From: Eledone cirrhosa
Lineage: Eukaryota
Direction of reading: 5' to 3'
DNA: 64,000 bases
NCBI GenBank assembly: GCA_964016885.1
Contig: OZ024740.1
Location: 303,118,001 to 303,182,000, forward strand
Shown: in pieces, positions 26,789 through 39,848 of the stretch
How positions within the stretch are numbered: position 1 is the stretch's first letter
Layout: each line of letters begins with the position of its first letter
Notes under the pieces: generated by a model
The model's database searches: none
Told to the model about the DNA's origin: nothing
What the model saw: the letters and a program-made list of their open reading frames with translations, nothing else
Made by a program: the position numbers and the translations under genes

Positions 26789-27016
26789 CCCTTTCATAAC
26801 CACATTTCTAAAGAAATACACTCTATTTTAATTAATTAATGAAGAATTTTGAGGGATTTACTAAAATTATCATTTCATTAGTAAGATAGTAACTTAATGT
26901 AAGGTTCTTATATAAAATTATGTTCTAAGATTTTAATTTGAATTGGAAACATTCAAAGTGTGTGGTTTTATTTCATAGAACCAGAGCTGGTTTGGGCCGG
27001 GTTGGTAACTAAAGGG
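26789..27016. mobile_element. piggyBac-type MITE
   Basis: TTAA|CCCTTT...AAAGGG|TTAA termini; 228 bp. Confidence 0.75.
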
Positions 27017-28007
27017 TTAATGACCTAACAAATAGCACGTGTATTAGATTTAGGATAGCATTACTTTCCACTTGTCTATATGAAGTAGATATCCTCTCAA
27101 AATACAAGAAGTATTTGAATTGTGCATGTGTTAATATAGTAGTACTTTAGTTGCATGATGCATGTGTCAGATGTTTACAGATAATATATTAAATAGTTTG
27201 AAATTACCATGAAATATTGAAGAAAGAGATAAGTGAACTACAACTAAAGACAGTTCAATGGAAGAGAAAGGATTTAGGTGATAAAAGCATAAGTGTAATA
27301 AAAACTGTAAATAGGGCTTATAAGAGAGCCAGGGAGAGCCCCACGTCCCATAAATCTTATGTAAATCCCACTCACCTCCCCAAAACTTCTAAGCCTCCTT
27401 GAATTTTTAGGGGACCCCTCCCCTCTTTGGAGTCTGAAGGAAGTCTTGTTCTGTCTTGCAAAATTTTTTTGAAAGCCTTATGTATATGTGTCAGGAGGGT
27501 GTCATAAGAATTTTAGCCTAAATACCTGTTAAAGAAGAAAGGATTCATATAGTTCGAAGTCAATTAGAAAATTTTAAATAAACTGAAAAAATAGTTATGC
27601 TTAAGAAAAACACTTAGAGAGGTTCTTTTGCTGTACTCTTTTGAATTATATGTAGTGCATGTGCTTGCTTCAATATCTTTATATAGATGTGATTCTGAGT
27701 GTATTTGTGTGTATTTAGAACTATATGGCATACTGATATGTATATGTTTACCCACATGATACATGTATAGACAAACTGTCACTCTGTTATACTTCCAACC
27801 ATTATGTTATTGCAATCTAATAAACCTTTTAAAGAACTTACCTGTTTAGATGGCTTAATGAAAATTTACCAATAAAATTTATATATAACTTTATAAAAAC
27901 AACTTACACTCGATAGCCTTATAAATTTTAAAAGGCTTTCATTTAACAACTCCTAAAAGTCAACTCCTTTCCCCTTCAATTTTATTAATTTGCTTTACTT
28001 ACTACAG

Positions 28008-28074
28008 GCAGTTTGTTCCCAAGAAGAAGGAAAATACAGAGGTACAAGAAATGCAGTCGACAATGGGTGTCCGA
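28008..28074 (+). CDS. NRXN: Neurexin short stalk exon: (K)QFVPKKKENTEVQEMQSTMGVR
   Basis: Pyrimidine tract plus actacag| acceptor and a strong donor CGA|gtaagt. 67 nt, phase 2-0, which exactly bridges the phases of the flanking exons. Confidence 0.8.
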
Positions 28075-28393
28075 GTAAGTAGTACTGAAACAAACAAATG
28101 TACTGTGGTATATGTTTGTAACATTTTCACATGTAGAAACCAGTTAATAGCTGTCAGCAAGACATTTTCATAGAATAGCTATTTGTCCAAAGTAGTTTAC
28201 CCATTAGTGACTGTCTATCAAGTAGACACTAGTTTAGAAACATAAGGATTGGTCACTGACTAACTTGGAAATTTCCTCTTTTTTCCATACCTTCTCTGCC
28301 TGAACTTGATTCTATTTAGATTCCCTAATTCATCCAAAGCCCACCCTCAGCCCCATTAAGAATTGTCATTTTGAAATTAATTCCACTTAACAG

Positions 28394-28566
28394 GTAACTC
28401 CACGCCAATCACCAAATGATGACATCATATATTCTGGAAATGATGCTGAATGCAACAGTGATGACGAAGATGAATGCAGTTCTGTTGGATCTGGACTGGT
28501 TGATGAAATCATCACTCCAACAGTGATAGTCATCACCACACCACGCCCAATTGACTCGTCTCCCAG
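28394..28566 (+). CDS. NRXN: Neurexin stalk/Cys-loop exon: VTPRQSPNDDIIYSGNDAECNSDDEDECSSVGSGLVDEIITPTVIVITTPRPIDSSP(R)
   Basis: Acceptor ttaacag| and donor CAG|gtaggc (phase 0-2). DDIIYSG..AECNSDDEDEC matches the neurexin Cys-loop [20 protein letters not shown]. Confidence 0.92.
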
Positions 28567-30589
28567 GTAGGCTACACCCAATGCAAGCATTCCCTTCAGT
28601 CACTGCAAAACAATCTGGCTGAAACCTTAAAACATTTTCTTTATTTTCAAAGAGCAAAAAGATATTGAACATTTTTTTCATTAATAATGTGTATCACGTG
28701 GCAAGTATTTACCACATAAAATTTTAAAAGTCAAATTATATTTTTTTTAATTATCATCTTGCCACATAGGGGTTGCTAATAAACAGACAACCAGACAGAC
28801 AGACAGAGGTTGTGCTTTGAGGGTTGATTACCATCAGTTTCTGTGTATGAAACTGGTTTGCTCTTTGTTCAGAATTGAATTTTCTTAAAAATACAATTAT
28901 TTTTCTCCAGTATGGATTATGGCAAATACTGTCTTTTATTTTCATTTTCTCTCTCTAAAGATTTTTTCCTTCCCAAACACACGACTACATACATGTTTGT
29001 ATGTGTTCTTTTGTATTTAAAATGTATAAATAACCTGGACATTCAGTTGATAGGATTTATTTTTATGTTGTAAGTGCTGGTGTTCAAAATTAACATTTAA
29101 TTAGCTGGGTGAAACTAATAGAAAACTTAATTAGATATCAAACATCAATTCTAGAAATGAATCTATAAAATTTTTTATAGAAAGTATATTTTTCATTGAA
29201 TTTTCATTTACTAAACACTTTTTAAAAATTAGTAGGATGTAGTTCTCATCTGACTAATATGTTTGTTTTAGCTTATGAAAATAGTAATCTCAGTGTAATT
29301 CACAATTAACGTTTTTTTTTTAATCTTCAATCAATATACACTCAAAAGACACTCTTTGTACTGTAAGTAGCAGATATTTTCACTGATCTGTATGGATAAA
29401 ACAAATAACTGCTTGCATTCAGTATGATACAATATAGATTTTAAGGGAAATATATATATTTTTTTTATATTTTCATTTTCCAATATTTCTTTGTTCAATA
29501 CAAATCAAAGGTTTTCACTACACAATTCATACACTCTTTTCTAAATGGACTGTGAAAATCCTATTTTTATGTATTTCTTTTGATATTTAAGTCTATATTC
29601 TGCTTAATGTCTCATTTGCTTGGCTTTTAGGAAAATCATTCAAACTATTTCACCTCTCCTTCGACATTTCTACATATCTTCTTTTTGTTTTGTTTTTTAA
29701 CATTAAAGTTAGACTTTCTTGGAAAACAAGCTATAGACTTTTGAAATATGTTTCATTTTCTACAGCATTTCACTAAAAATATTGATTTTACAAAGTTTGG
29801 GTTATTTTCATTTTTTTTTTTTTTTTGTACCATAAATTATATGTATGTGTGTGTATATTTGTAAATTTGATTGTTTTTGTTGCTAGAATGTTTCTGAAAA
29901 TTCCTACTTTTGCAGGTTTTGTTAGAAATGTTTTATCAAACGATTCCTAGTCACTGACTCCCCAAGCAAGGAGCTTGTAATAATTTGTAACAATAGCTAT
30001 TTGAGGCTAGAAAGGAAAGGCAATTCCTTCTTTGACTAGAATGTGATGCATGTTCCTTGTTTATTCTTTCAGTCACAATCTCAGTATATCATTCATAGTT
30101 ATGAGTTATATGCATGCACAGGGAGGTGGTTGGAATGGATACTATAGAAACCCTGTGCATGTGCATACATTTTTCCAACATATAGACCAACTAGGGAAGA
30201 AAAGTCTGAAAACTCTGATCACTCGTTTGTTTTGTCTGGACTGTTTCAGCTTCGCATCTGATAAAAGGGTAATAGCCCTGAAATATATGCCAAAATATAC
30301 TGGGTAAAACATTACTTTGTTTTGTTTCATTTGTTATCATTTTCCCTTCGTATTTTCTACCACATTGTACCGACATGAAAAAAAGCATTTATTGGTCTTT
30401 TACTACATATCTCACATTACTTTGGATAAACTCCAGTATATATATAAATATATTAACATATATGTTAACATATGTTATAAGAGATGACTACAAGGGTTAG
30501 TATCAAGAAGAGCATCCAGCTATAAAACACTGCCCCAAAATTCCTTTCCAACATAAGCCAACATGGAAACTACCCTTCGCACAAGTTGC

Positions 30590-30880
30590 TGGCCTTGTTT
30601 TTACATCCATTTTTCCCTGCTTGTCTGCATTGGATGAGACCTTTTCAGCACAACATCACTCCACTTGCTGTATTGCTTTGTCATTTCCTCTGTGAGATTT
30701 GGGGATTTGAGGTCAGCTCTCACCACTTCTCCCTAGGTCTTTCTTAGTCTACCTCTACTGCAGTTTTCTTCCACTGGTATTTCCTGACACTTCTTCACCC
30801 ATCGATCATCATCCGTGTGCATCACGTGTCAGTACCAACATAGTCTTCTTTCCAACATCCCATCTCAGATTCCTCAAATT
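30590..30880 (-). mobile_element. RTE LINE 3' end fragment
   Basis: tgcatcacgtgtcagtaccaacatagtctt matches 51085-51115, the RLCWYGHVMR region. Confidence 0.65.
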
Positions 30881-32489
30881 AGAAATCATTATTTCTTCCT
30901 GATGAATTTTGGCTCTTAGCATTCTGAGTTCAAATCTAATTATGACCTTCTTCATTTGTAGACTTAATCTGTCACCTTGTTCAACCCCACAACCTGTCCC
31001 TCCACTGTAATAGTAGAAACTATTATATTATTAAGAGGAATAGTATTTTTCTCAAATACACCTCTAAATGAAGAAAATTGTTTCAGATTTAAGCTATTTT
31101 GCAAAGAGAAATTCATCACTTTTGTATTTTTTCTTGGCCTGCAGTAATTTAGATAGGCCATAAGAATATTAAAACCTCTGAAATTAACTCAACCTTCTGT
31201 ATAGAAAATGTACACAGTTGAATTTCTGAAGTTATTCTTTGTTTTAAATCTTCTGTGATCTCATTAATATGGCATTTCAAGGAACTAGTACTCAGAAAAA
31301 TAACCTTAAGAATAAGTTCAGAGCCCTTCATAACAGCTGGCATGACAATATCCCTTCGGATTGTATTTGACATTCATATCTTTTCTTGTTATGTTAAAGA
31401 ATATATTGTGAGAAACTTTTATTTCCCCTTTAAATATGAGAGAGATGTTGACTTAAGAAAAGATGTTAAAGTTGGATATTTTTCAAAACATCCATTCAGT
31501 CTCTTAAATAATTGAAAATATATTTGTTTATTTATGTGAATTCATACTCTCAAGATATTTTATCATCTTCAGAGGTGTTATTGCATCATTTCCAAATGTC
31601 TTTTCACATAATAAATGTATAGGTATTGTCTTATGAGTGAAGGAATAAACAAAACCAAATTTTTAATATTTCTGTGAATATTGCCAACACTTTCCCAATA
31701 TTTGGATGTGTGCGTTGCCTCTGGACATGCGAATTTCAACGTGTTATAAGGATGGTTTTATTTTTAAGGGTAGTCTACTTCCCTGTTACTAGTCCCAGAG
31801 ACCCTAGAAATGATCATGAACACAGTTCTTTCTTTGCTGACTAAACAATGAAAACAAAAAGAATTTCAAGTAAAACTTTTATACAATTAGTATTTAAAAT
31901 GAAGCAGAACCATTTTCACTTTCACTTAATCATGTGTTTTTATTTAATATGCATGAATTAAATATATGACAACTACTAATTTATGGGTAATTATGAAATA
32001 CCCATTTATATTGAAGGCATACTTGTGGCACTAATATAAGCTGTGGTCCATTAATAGATACTTCACAACCTTGGCAATACAAGGTATTCTAGAAACAATA
32101 GAAAAACGCCCAATACAAACACATGTGCATGCACACACATGCGCATGCACACTCATGCACAAAAAACAAAGAACTCACAGACATACACACACATACACAC
32201 ACACATCAACACACACATCAGTGTGCACACACCAACAATATAAGACTCTGAGACACCCACATTTTCACATACGCACACACTGACTGAAACAATGCACACC
32301 TACCAATTTCATCCCTTCAGCACACACGCAACCACACCCATAATACCTCTGGACCCTCCACTTTGGCCCCCAGTCCCAATGCCAGACCTCTCACTTAGCA
32401 CCCCAACCTATCAATCTCTTCCCAACACCCTTTTCCCAACTTCCTTTCCTAACTTTCATACACTACTTGCTTGTTCTCTCCTTATCCAA

Positions 32490-32527
32490 ACTTTCCTGAT
32501 GAAGGACTTCTCTCCGAAACATTGAAC
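32490..32527 (+). ncRNA. Minimal hammerhead core in a Penelope-like 3' fragment
   Basis: CTGATGA-AGGA cttctc TCC-GAAAC is intact, but stems I and III are weak. Followed by an AT-rich tail and (TA)n. Confidence 0.5.
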
Positions 32528-32627
32528 CATCCTCCACTTCCTCCAATATTATGATTTTCTGTTTTTGCATCCCTATATTTGTGTTGTTTCATTTATCAAG
32601 TATTCTATATATATATACATACATATA

Positions 32628-33345
32628 TGATGGTCCAGAAAGAAATTGGGTATAGAGGAATAGCTTGTAAGAGCAATGCAAGCCATGTTGAAAGGAATTG
32701 TTAGTAAAGTGGGAGAAGGTAATGAATTGCGTGAAGAATTCAATGTATGGAAAGGCTCCATGGATACTTAGGTGACCTAATTAGTAGTGAGGGGTGCTCA
32801 GAACAGAATGGAAAGAATGCGGGAGCTACTATGTCTGTTGATACAAAATGTTTTGGCTCTATAAACAGAAGGCCTGCTATATAATTTCCGTTCATGCAAA
32901 GTGCAATGCTGCATGGTAGTAAAACATGAGCAGTGAATGCAGAGAATGTGCAATGGTGGAGAGTAATGAAGTGAACATGCTTCTATGACTGTATGAGGAT
33001 AATGTACATGAACAGCAAAGCATGCATGAGCTGAGAGTAAAACTGGGTATAAGAAGAATCACACGTGTGCATGTAAGACAATTGAATTGGTATGGACATG
33101 TGATGCATATAATTGATGATCATAGGGTGAAGAAGTGCTAGAAGTTGCTGATCAAAGAAAGCTGCAACAGAGTAAGACCAAGGACGACCTGGACAGAAGT
33201 GTGAGAGCTGTTTTCAAAATGTTGAATCTTACAGAAGATATGATGAAAGAATACAAAGATAGAAAGAGGTTGTTTTGGAAAAAATCCATCCAACCCATGC
33301 AAGCATGGAAAGGCAGACATAAAAAGCTAATGATGTGATGGTGAT
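32628..33345 (+). mobile_element. Degenerate RTE LINE 3' portion
   Basis: gcaatgctgcatggtagtaaaacatg (AMLHGS.TW-like), tggtatggacatgtgatg (WYGHVM), and a (GAT)-like tail. Confidence 0.75.
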
Positions 33346-35040
33346 ATATTACATGCACGTGAATGTATGTCTGTATGGATCTATTTAGCTATGCAGATGG
33401 ACACAAACATATATAATAACAATATTCATCATTATCATTGTTTTTACAGACCTCTTAAGAAGCAACCTATCATATCAATCAGTTCTTTTATTCCATAATG
33501 TTATCTTGAAAATATTCTTCTTTCTGTGCCTAAGTATGTTAATAACAGTTCTTCAGGTATCTACAATCCTTTGATTACCTTTTAGGTAATTATTAAATAT
33601 CAGAAAGAAAAGTGTGTCACAAGAAGATAGTTTTGTTAAATACTTCAAATTCAAAAGAACTGAAAATTGTTTAATAGCCTAAAAGATAATGATGATGATG
33701 ATGATTGAAGAGCATTGTAATGAGGGCAGTTTTAATTTTTAGCAATTTTTGGTTAAATTTTTAGTGCCACTGAACATCTAATAAAACGTTAATTCACAAT
33801 TTGATCTTGATTCTTCAACCTTATTGTGAATACAACAAAGAATAATTTGGTTTTTTATTTACTTATTTAAAATTTCTTTCAATAGAACACACAAGAAGTA
33901 AACAGTTCTTAACTTTGACAATTTGTTTCTGGATCATACTCAAAAACTTGGATTGCGTCACTTGCAAAAGAAGTATTGATTCACTTTCAGCATGACTGTA
34001 AGGTCATGGCTAATGCATATATATTTCTACGTCTATTTGTTAGAATGATTATCTTGTATAACTTTCGTGCAAATGCTCATTTTGTTAAAAAGACATGAAT
34101 GGCTTCATAACTAATCAATTATTTTATCATGAATCTTGTTTCAGTAAAGAAAAGTTAATTGTGATTATAACTACAATTTTCTTCATTGCAACTCTCATAT
34201 CATCTTCTATATCTCCAAGTCAGTCACAAAATACCTTTTTCTTGCTTTAGAATTGTAATCAATGCTATAAAAATTTAGCAAGTTAAGCATTTATTGACAT
34301 AGCAAGAAGTGATGGATAGACAGAGCTGGGAATCAAATATTTCAGAAAACATCAACTTTCTTTGTGAAGAGTAGATTACTTCTAAATCTCCTTTATTTAT
34401 TTTAGTGGAAATATATAGAGAAACAGAAGACTCACAAGCGTTCTAGGGTTCTCTTTTTGATTGTTATCAAACAACTGTATGGATGTAAAAGACATCACAA
34501 GTTGTATTACTCTTTTCTGAGTCAAGGTTTATAATTAAATTGTTAGTCATAGAGGAAAGGAGAGAGAGACGAAGGCAGAGCAACAGACAAATGACCATTA
34601 TGCCACAGTCAGTGGGTATCTGTTTTTCTCCTCAGTCCTCAACCATCCACTTGTTTCAGTGTTAGTCAGTTACCATTTATTATCTTATTACTAATATATC
34701 TTCATACATACTATATTTTCAATTATATCGTGTTATGGAAAAACTTGAGCTTAGTATAAACCTTCTTTCCATACACTCTTGATAATTACCTGTGACTGAT
34801 ATTAAATTAAATATATAACATTCTAGTCAATTATATTTCCAACTTACAAACACTGTAATGCCAAAAATTATGTCAAATTATGTCAAATTATGTCGTTCAA
34901 AATATTCTCTTAAATATTTATGAGAACATTCTAAAATAAAAAAAAATTGATTGACTTAAAGATTTGACAAGGCTATCAAAGTGTATTGTATGTTTGTGAG
35001 CACATGTGCACATGCAAACAATACATTCATACATACATGC

Positions 35041-35126
<86 letters not shown>

Positions 35127-35169
35127 TATATACACACACATGCACACTTATATATGTATTCACATATGC

Positions 35170-35545
35170 TTAGATGAACTGAAAGAGAAGCTGAGTTTAA
35201 GGGGAATCCGAGTTGGTGGGCAGGAGAGAAGATTGTGTTGATATGGACATGTGATAAACATGAATGATGATCAATGGGTGAAGAAGTACTAGGAAATGCC
35301 AGTAAAAGGAAACCGTAGTAGAAGAAGACCGAGAAAGTTCTGGGCAGAAATGATGCAGCATTCTTCAATGGATGTTAATGTGCATGAACAGTGAAGTATG
35401 AATTACCTGAAAGAGAAACTGGATATAAGAGGACTCAAATGATGACTGTGTTGGTAAGGACATGTAATGCATATGATGGTGAACATTGGGTGAAATGCCA
35501 AGAGTTTGCAGTGGAATGGAGCTGCAATAGAGGCAGACAGACCTA
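35170..35545 (+). mobile_element. Two short RTE LINE fragments
   Basis: [19 protein letters not shown] and a second similar copy. Confidence 0.65.
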
Positions 35546-36070
35546 TGATCAAAGGCATCCCAGCTTTGACTATGCCATATGTTTTCCATCTACAGGAAAT
35601 TCAGGACCACATTATCCAATGGGACTTTTTCTAATACTGTGTGGTGTGATTTGAGAAAGATTTAGCTGCTATTTTTAGCAGATTTAACTCTGGTAGAGTG
35701 CTATACAAAACGTTTGAGGTTTTTACTTATCTGTCCTTATGTTCTCATACTAATCCTGCCAGAGCCAGCTTTACATTTTATCTCTCTAGATAAATGATGT
35801 ACTAGAGCTATTTCAAATTACTAAACCCTCCTTCTACAATTCGTGACCTTGTATTACTTTGAGAGACCAACAATATTACTAAATTAATGATGATCTGAGC
35901 CAACAGTAGATTAAATTTGAATGTGTGAATGAATGTGTATGTATAGACGTATATGATAACATGTGTGTTCATGCTTGCTGAACTTCTAACAATTATTTAT
36001 TCCAACACAAAATCATATATTTCTTACTGATGTCTCAATAATAGTATCACAATTCTTCTCTGTACATAAG

Positions 36071-36720
36071 TATTCTCAGGTCCCAAATAATAGGGTGGTG
36101 GAATAAGCGAGGGAGTTGGAATAAGCAGGTGTGGTTGGAATAATTGGGGTGGTGGAAATTTTTCTATGTTGTCTCCATTGATTTTTTAAAAACCAGAATT
36201 GGTCATTTAGTTTATATATTGAGACCCCAACTCATCCTATTTATTTTATAATGTATGGGATTTCTAGTAATGTTTTTTTTTTTTGGGGGGGGGGGGGGGG
36301 GGTTGCCATATACAATATTTTTTAATGTATAAAGAAAATTAACTGTCACAGAAATGCTAACCCTTAACCCTTTAGCATTTAAACCGACCATATCTGGTCA
36401 GAATTTACTCACCTCTTTCTGTACAAACCAGCTGTAACCAGCTGCTAATACTGAGGTTAAGGTATTGTTCTCAACATAAATATCAAAATCTCATAGATTC
36501 GATATTATGTGAGATAATTATGTGAAGTAATGCCTTTACCATGAAAATGTAATAGTATATATAGAGTAATGTAAATGCTAAAGGGTTAAAATAAAATTTT
36601 GCCAGAGATAAATCAGCAAAATTTAATAAGCAGGGGTGTTGAAATAAGAGTGGGGCTGGTGGGAAAAATCTGAATGATTGATAAGTGGTGAGCGGAGACG
36701 ATTATTTGAAACCTGAAAGT
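36071..36720 (+). mobile_element. TA-terminated Tc1/mariner(pogo)-like MITE, interrupted by a piggyBac MITE
   Basis: Imperfect TIRs tattctcaggtcccaaataat / attatttgaaacctgaaagta and repeated ggaataagc motifs. An uninterrupted copy is at 55332-55690. Confidence 0.7.
36368..36585. mobile_element. piggyBac-type MITE
   Basis: Perfect 14-bp TIRs CCCTTTAGCATTTA / TAAATGCTAAAGGG and a TTAA TSD. The empty site is visible in the 55.4-kb paralog. Confidence 0.92.
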
Positions 36721-37221
36721 ATTTAAATAGGTCCATGTTTATGTTTACATATACATTTTAAAGAGACCACCTCTTCTACACAATAGACATGTATTTCTTG
36801 CCATATTCCATCTTGGATTTTTTTCAGTGATAATACCTCACTGAAAAACATTGAGTTAGTTGTTATATCAAACAATCTCGTAACATTGTTGATTGCTTAC
36901 AATGAAATTCATTCAACACCAAGCAATGAGTTGTTTATTGTTACATGCAATATGTAAACAAAACTCGTCGTAAATATAATTTTGTTGATACTATTTCATT
37001 GAGTTTTCTTACATTAAATAAATTTGTTCTTGTATACTTATTCATAAGCATTTTTTAAAAAGAAATATCATGGTTTCATACACCAATTGTTGCTAACAAT
37101 ATATTTTCATTATGTTTTAATATAAATATAATTCTAGTATAGTTATATGAATGTATATACATATATATATGCGTGTGTATTGTTATATATTAATATATTT
37201 TCTTGTTATTTTTTTTTTCAG

Positions 37222-37720
37222 GAGCATAAATCCTCCAGTTCAACCCCCTGCAATTGGGAAACCTACAAACCCTAGCAACACGAATGATTACCATGAGACA
37301 CGGCCAAGCTTTACTCCAAGCATTGGCAACACTGAAGATGGCTTTGAAACAGGAACAAATAAATTCCCAGAGACAACCTTTGAGAACTCAGATGATTTGA
37401 ATATTGGTCTGATTGTTGGCATAGCTGCTGGTGTTCTTGTGGCTTTGATAGTTCTTATTATTGCGCTTTATAAATTTCGAAGTCGAGATGAGGGCTCCTA
37501 TAAAATAGATGAGAGCCAGAACTTTGCATACTTGGACTCAAAGCAACAGCAGAGCAACGGAGCATTACTACCTCACAACACCACACCTGGTGGCGGTATA
37601 GGCGGAGGAATAGGTGGTATGGGAGGTATGGGAGGAGGCATGGGTGGTAGCATTGTTAGTGGAGGAGGTGTGGGTGGCAAAAGTGGCAAGAAAAAAGATG
37701 TGAAAGAGTGGTATGTATAA
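37222..37720 (+). CDS. NRXN: Neurexin terminal coding exon: S/T/P-rich stalk, TM helix (IGLIVGIAAGVLVALIVLIIALY), 4.1m motif (KFRSRDEGSYKIDES), Gly-rich insert, PDZ-binding end KKKDVKEWYV*
   Basis: Poly-T acceptor tttcag| in phase 2 with the previous exon. Diagnostic neurexin motifs RDEGSY and KEWYV. TAA at 37718-37720. Confidence 0.96.
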
Positions 37721-38783
37721 AGATTGCACATTCTACCAACCGACCAACCGACCAACCAGCCAACCGACCGACTGACTGATATTATTGTTATTGTTATTGT
37801 CCCTTCTAATCTAAACAAATTTCTATGACCAGCAGGATTTCGGTCGGTAGGTAAAGGGGGAGGGGAACTAAGGCAGAGCAGTTGCTACTGCTGCTGCTGC
37901 TGCTGTTGCTGCAATTAAAGCTGTTTAGCTTTTGCACCAAGCATGATTGCCTCAGCAGGAGTAAACACTCTTCAGATTTTAAATACTAAGCTGGATTTAG
38001 GAAAAAATAAAAGAAGGAAAATACAAATTGCCACATTACAATATAAAATCTTTTCCTCTCCTCATAAGCTTTTTTTTAAGTGGGGTGTAAAAAAAAAGAC
38101 ATCAAGGACACAGAGTTTGTACCAGGTTAAGGAATGTTCATTTGTAATTAAATAAATTTCCTTATTTACTTGGAAAAAGAAAAATTGCCACATTTGAGTA
38201 ATACTCTTGGAGTGAATTTTTTTTTATTCTATCTATACCAAAGATAGTGAAAATATTGAGGCAACGGTAAACAGGTATTGTCTTTAAATTCTTAAAGGCA
38301 AAAGTCATTATATTTTCAATAGAGAATGTCTTAGGATTACATATTTTAATCAATTTTGTTCTGGCATATATGTATATATGAATGACTGTATATATGCATG
38401 TTTATGTGTTTGAGTACATATTCATTTATGGCTGTATATAAATATATACTTATATATACACATATATATGTATACATATGTATAATTATATATATATATA
38501 TGTGTGTGTATGTATATGTATATATATATATAATGTGTGTGTGTGTGTGCATGTGTGTATGTGGGTGTGTACATATTTATGAATTTATACATGCATGTCA
38601 GTGTTTGTATGTATGTGCATATTTGTGTGTTACAGAATGCATTTATAAAAGCATGTTTCTGTATAATAGGACAAATATATACACAGGCACTTACATAGAC
38701 ATATATACCCACACAATCATATCCACACACACACACACAGACATGTATACATGCATATATATATATATATTATATATATATAC

Positions 38784-38817
<34 letters not shown>

Positions 38818-39286
38818 TATACATGTATATATATAAACCCATATTAACCAGTGTGAAATATTTTTCCACATGAGGTAATAGGTGCATTTTAATGCCCTTG
38901 GCATCACATGGGAGATAAAATTTGACATTGTTCACAAGAAGATAGTTATTTTAAAAAAATTGAAAAGATTTTTGCATCAAATGGAGGTTACTACTTAGAC
39001 ATTACATTGTTTAAAATATATACCCACTCTCAAAGAAATGTTTTAGTTTGCATGTTAACTTTAAGCAGGGCATTTATATGATTTCAAATTTTAATTGCAT
39101 ATTTTTCAAGTATCATAACAATCTATAATTTCTGTAAATTTAAACTACGACAGTTATAATATATCGCTCACTCTCTCTCTCACTCTCTCTCTCTCTTTCT
39201 CTCTCACACACACACATACACATACACACACATGTATAAGTGCATGTACTTAAACTTTGTACATGTACATAGAAATCACTATATAT

Positions 39287-39368
<82 letters not shown>

Positions 39369-39793
39369 TATATATATAAATATATGTATATGTAGATATG
39401 TATGTATGCATGCATGTGTGTATATATATATATATATAGGGTTTCAGAAAGCTATATACAAATAATTATGTATAAATATCAGTACATGCATGTGTGGTGT
39501 CCATAATTTCATGCATATATATAAGCCCATTTGTATGTATGGTGCGATGAAGAATATAATCATATGTCTTTTTCCTCCCTTTTCAACAGATATAAATATG
39601 TTTGTCTATACATGTGAGAGTTTGAGTGTGTGCATGTGAGCTTGTTTTTATATTTATACACCCAAAAGTTGTATAGTGATACATATGATATTAAATAATA
39701 TAAATATTTGCATATATATATGTCTGTGCGCATAGGTGTGTATACAAAGTTTATTTTAACTATATATACATACATATATATATATATATGTGA

Positions 39794-39848
<55 letters not shown>

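Noticed and set aside
13963-28007. Internal promoter or first exon for a gamma-neurexin-like short isoform, and candidate acceptors (e.g. about 15707)
   Set aside because: Candidate acceptors hit stops quickly, and I could not support a signal-peptide exon or promoter.
37151-37221. ATG-initiated N-terminal extension with a hydrophobic stretch that looks like a signal peptide for a short neurexin
   Set aside because: It is the AT-rich polypyrimidine tract upstream of a phase-matched acceptor, and there is no promoter evidence.
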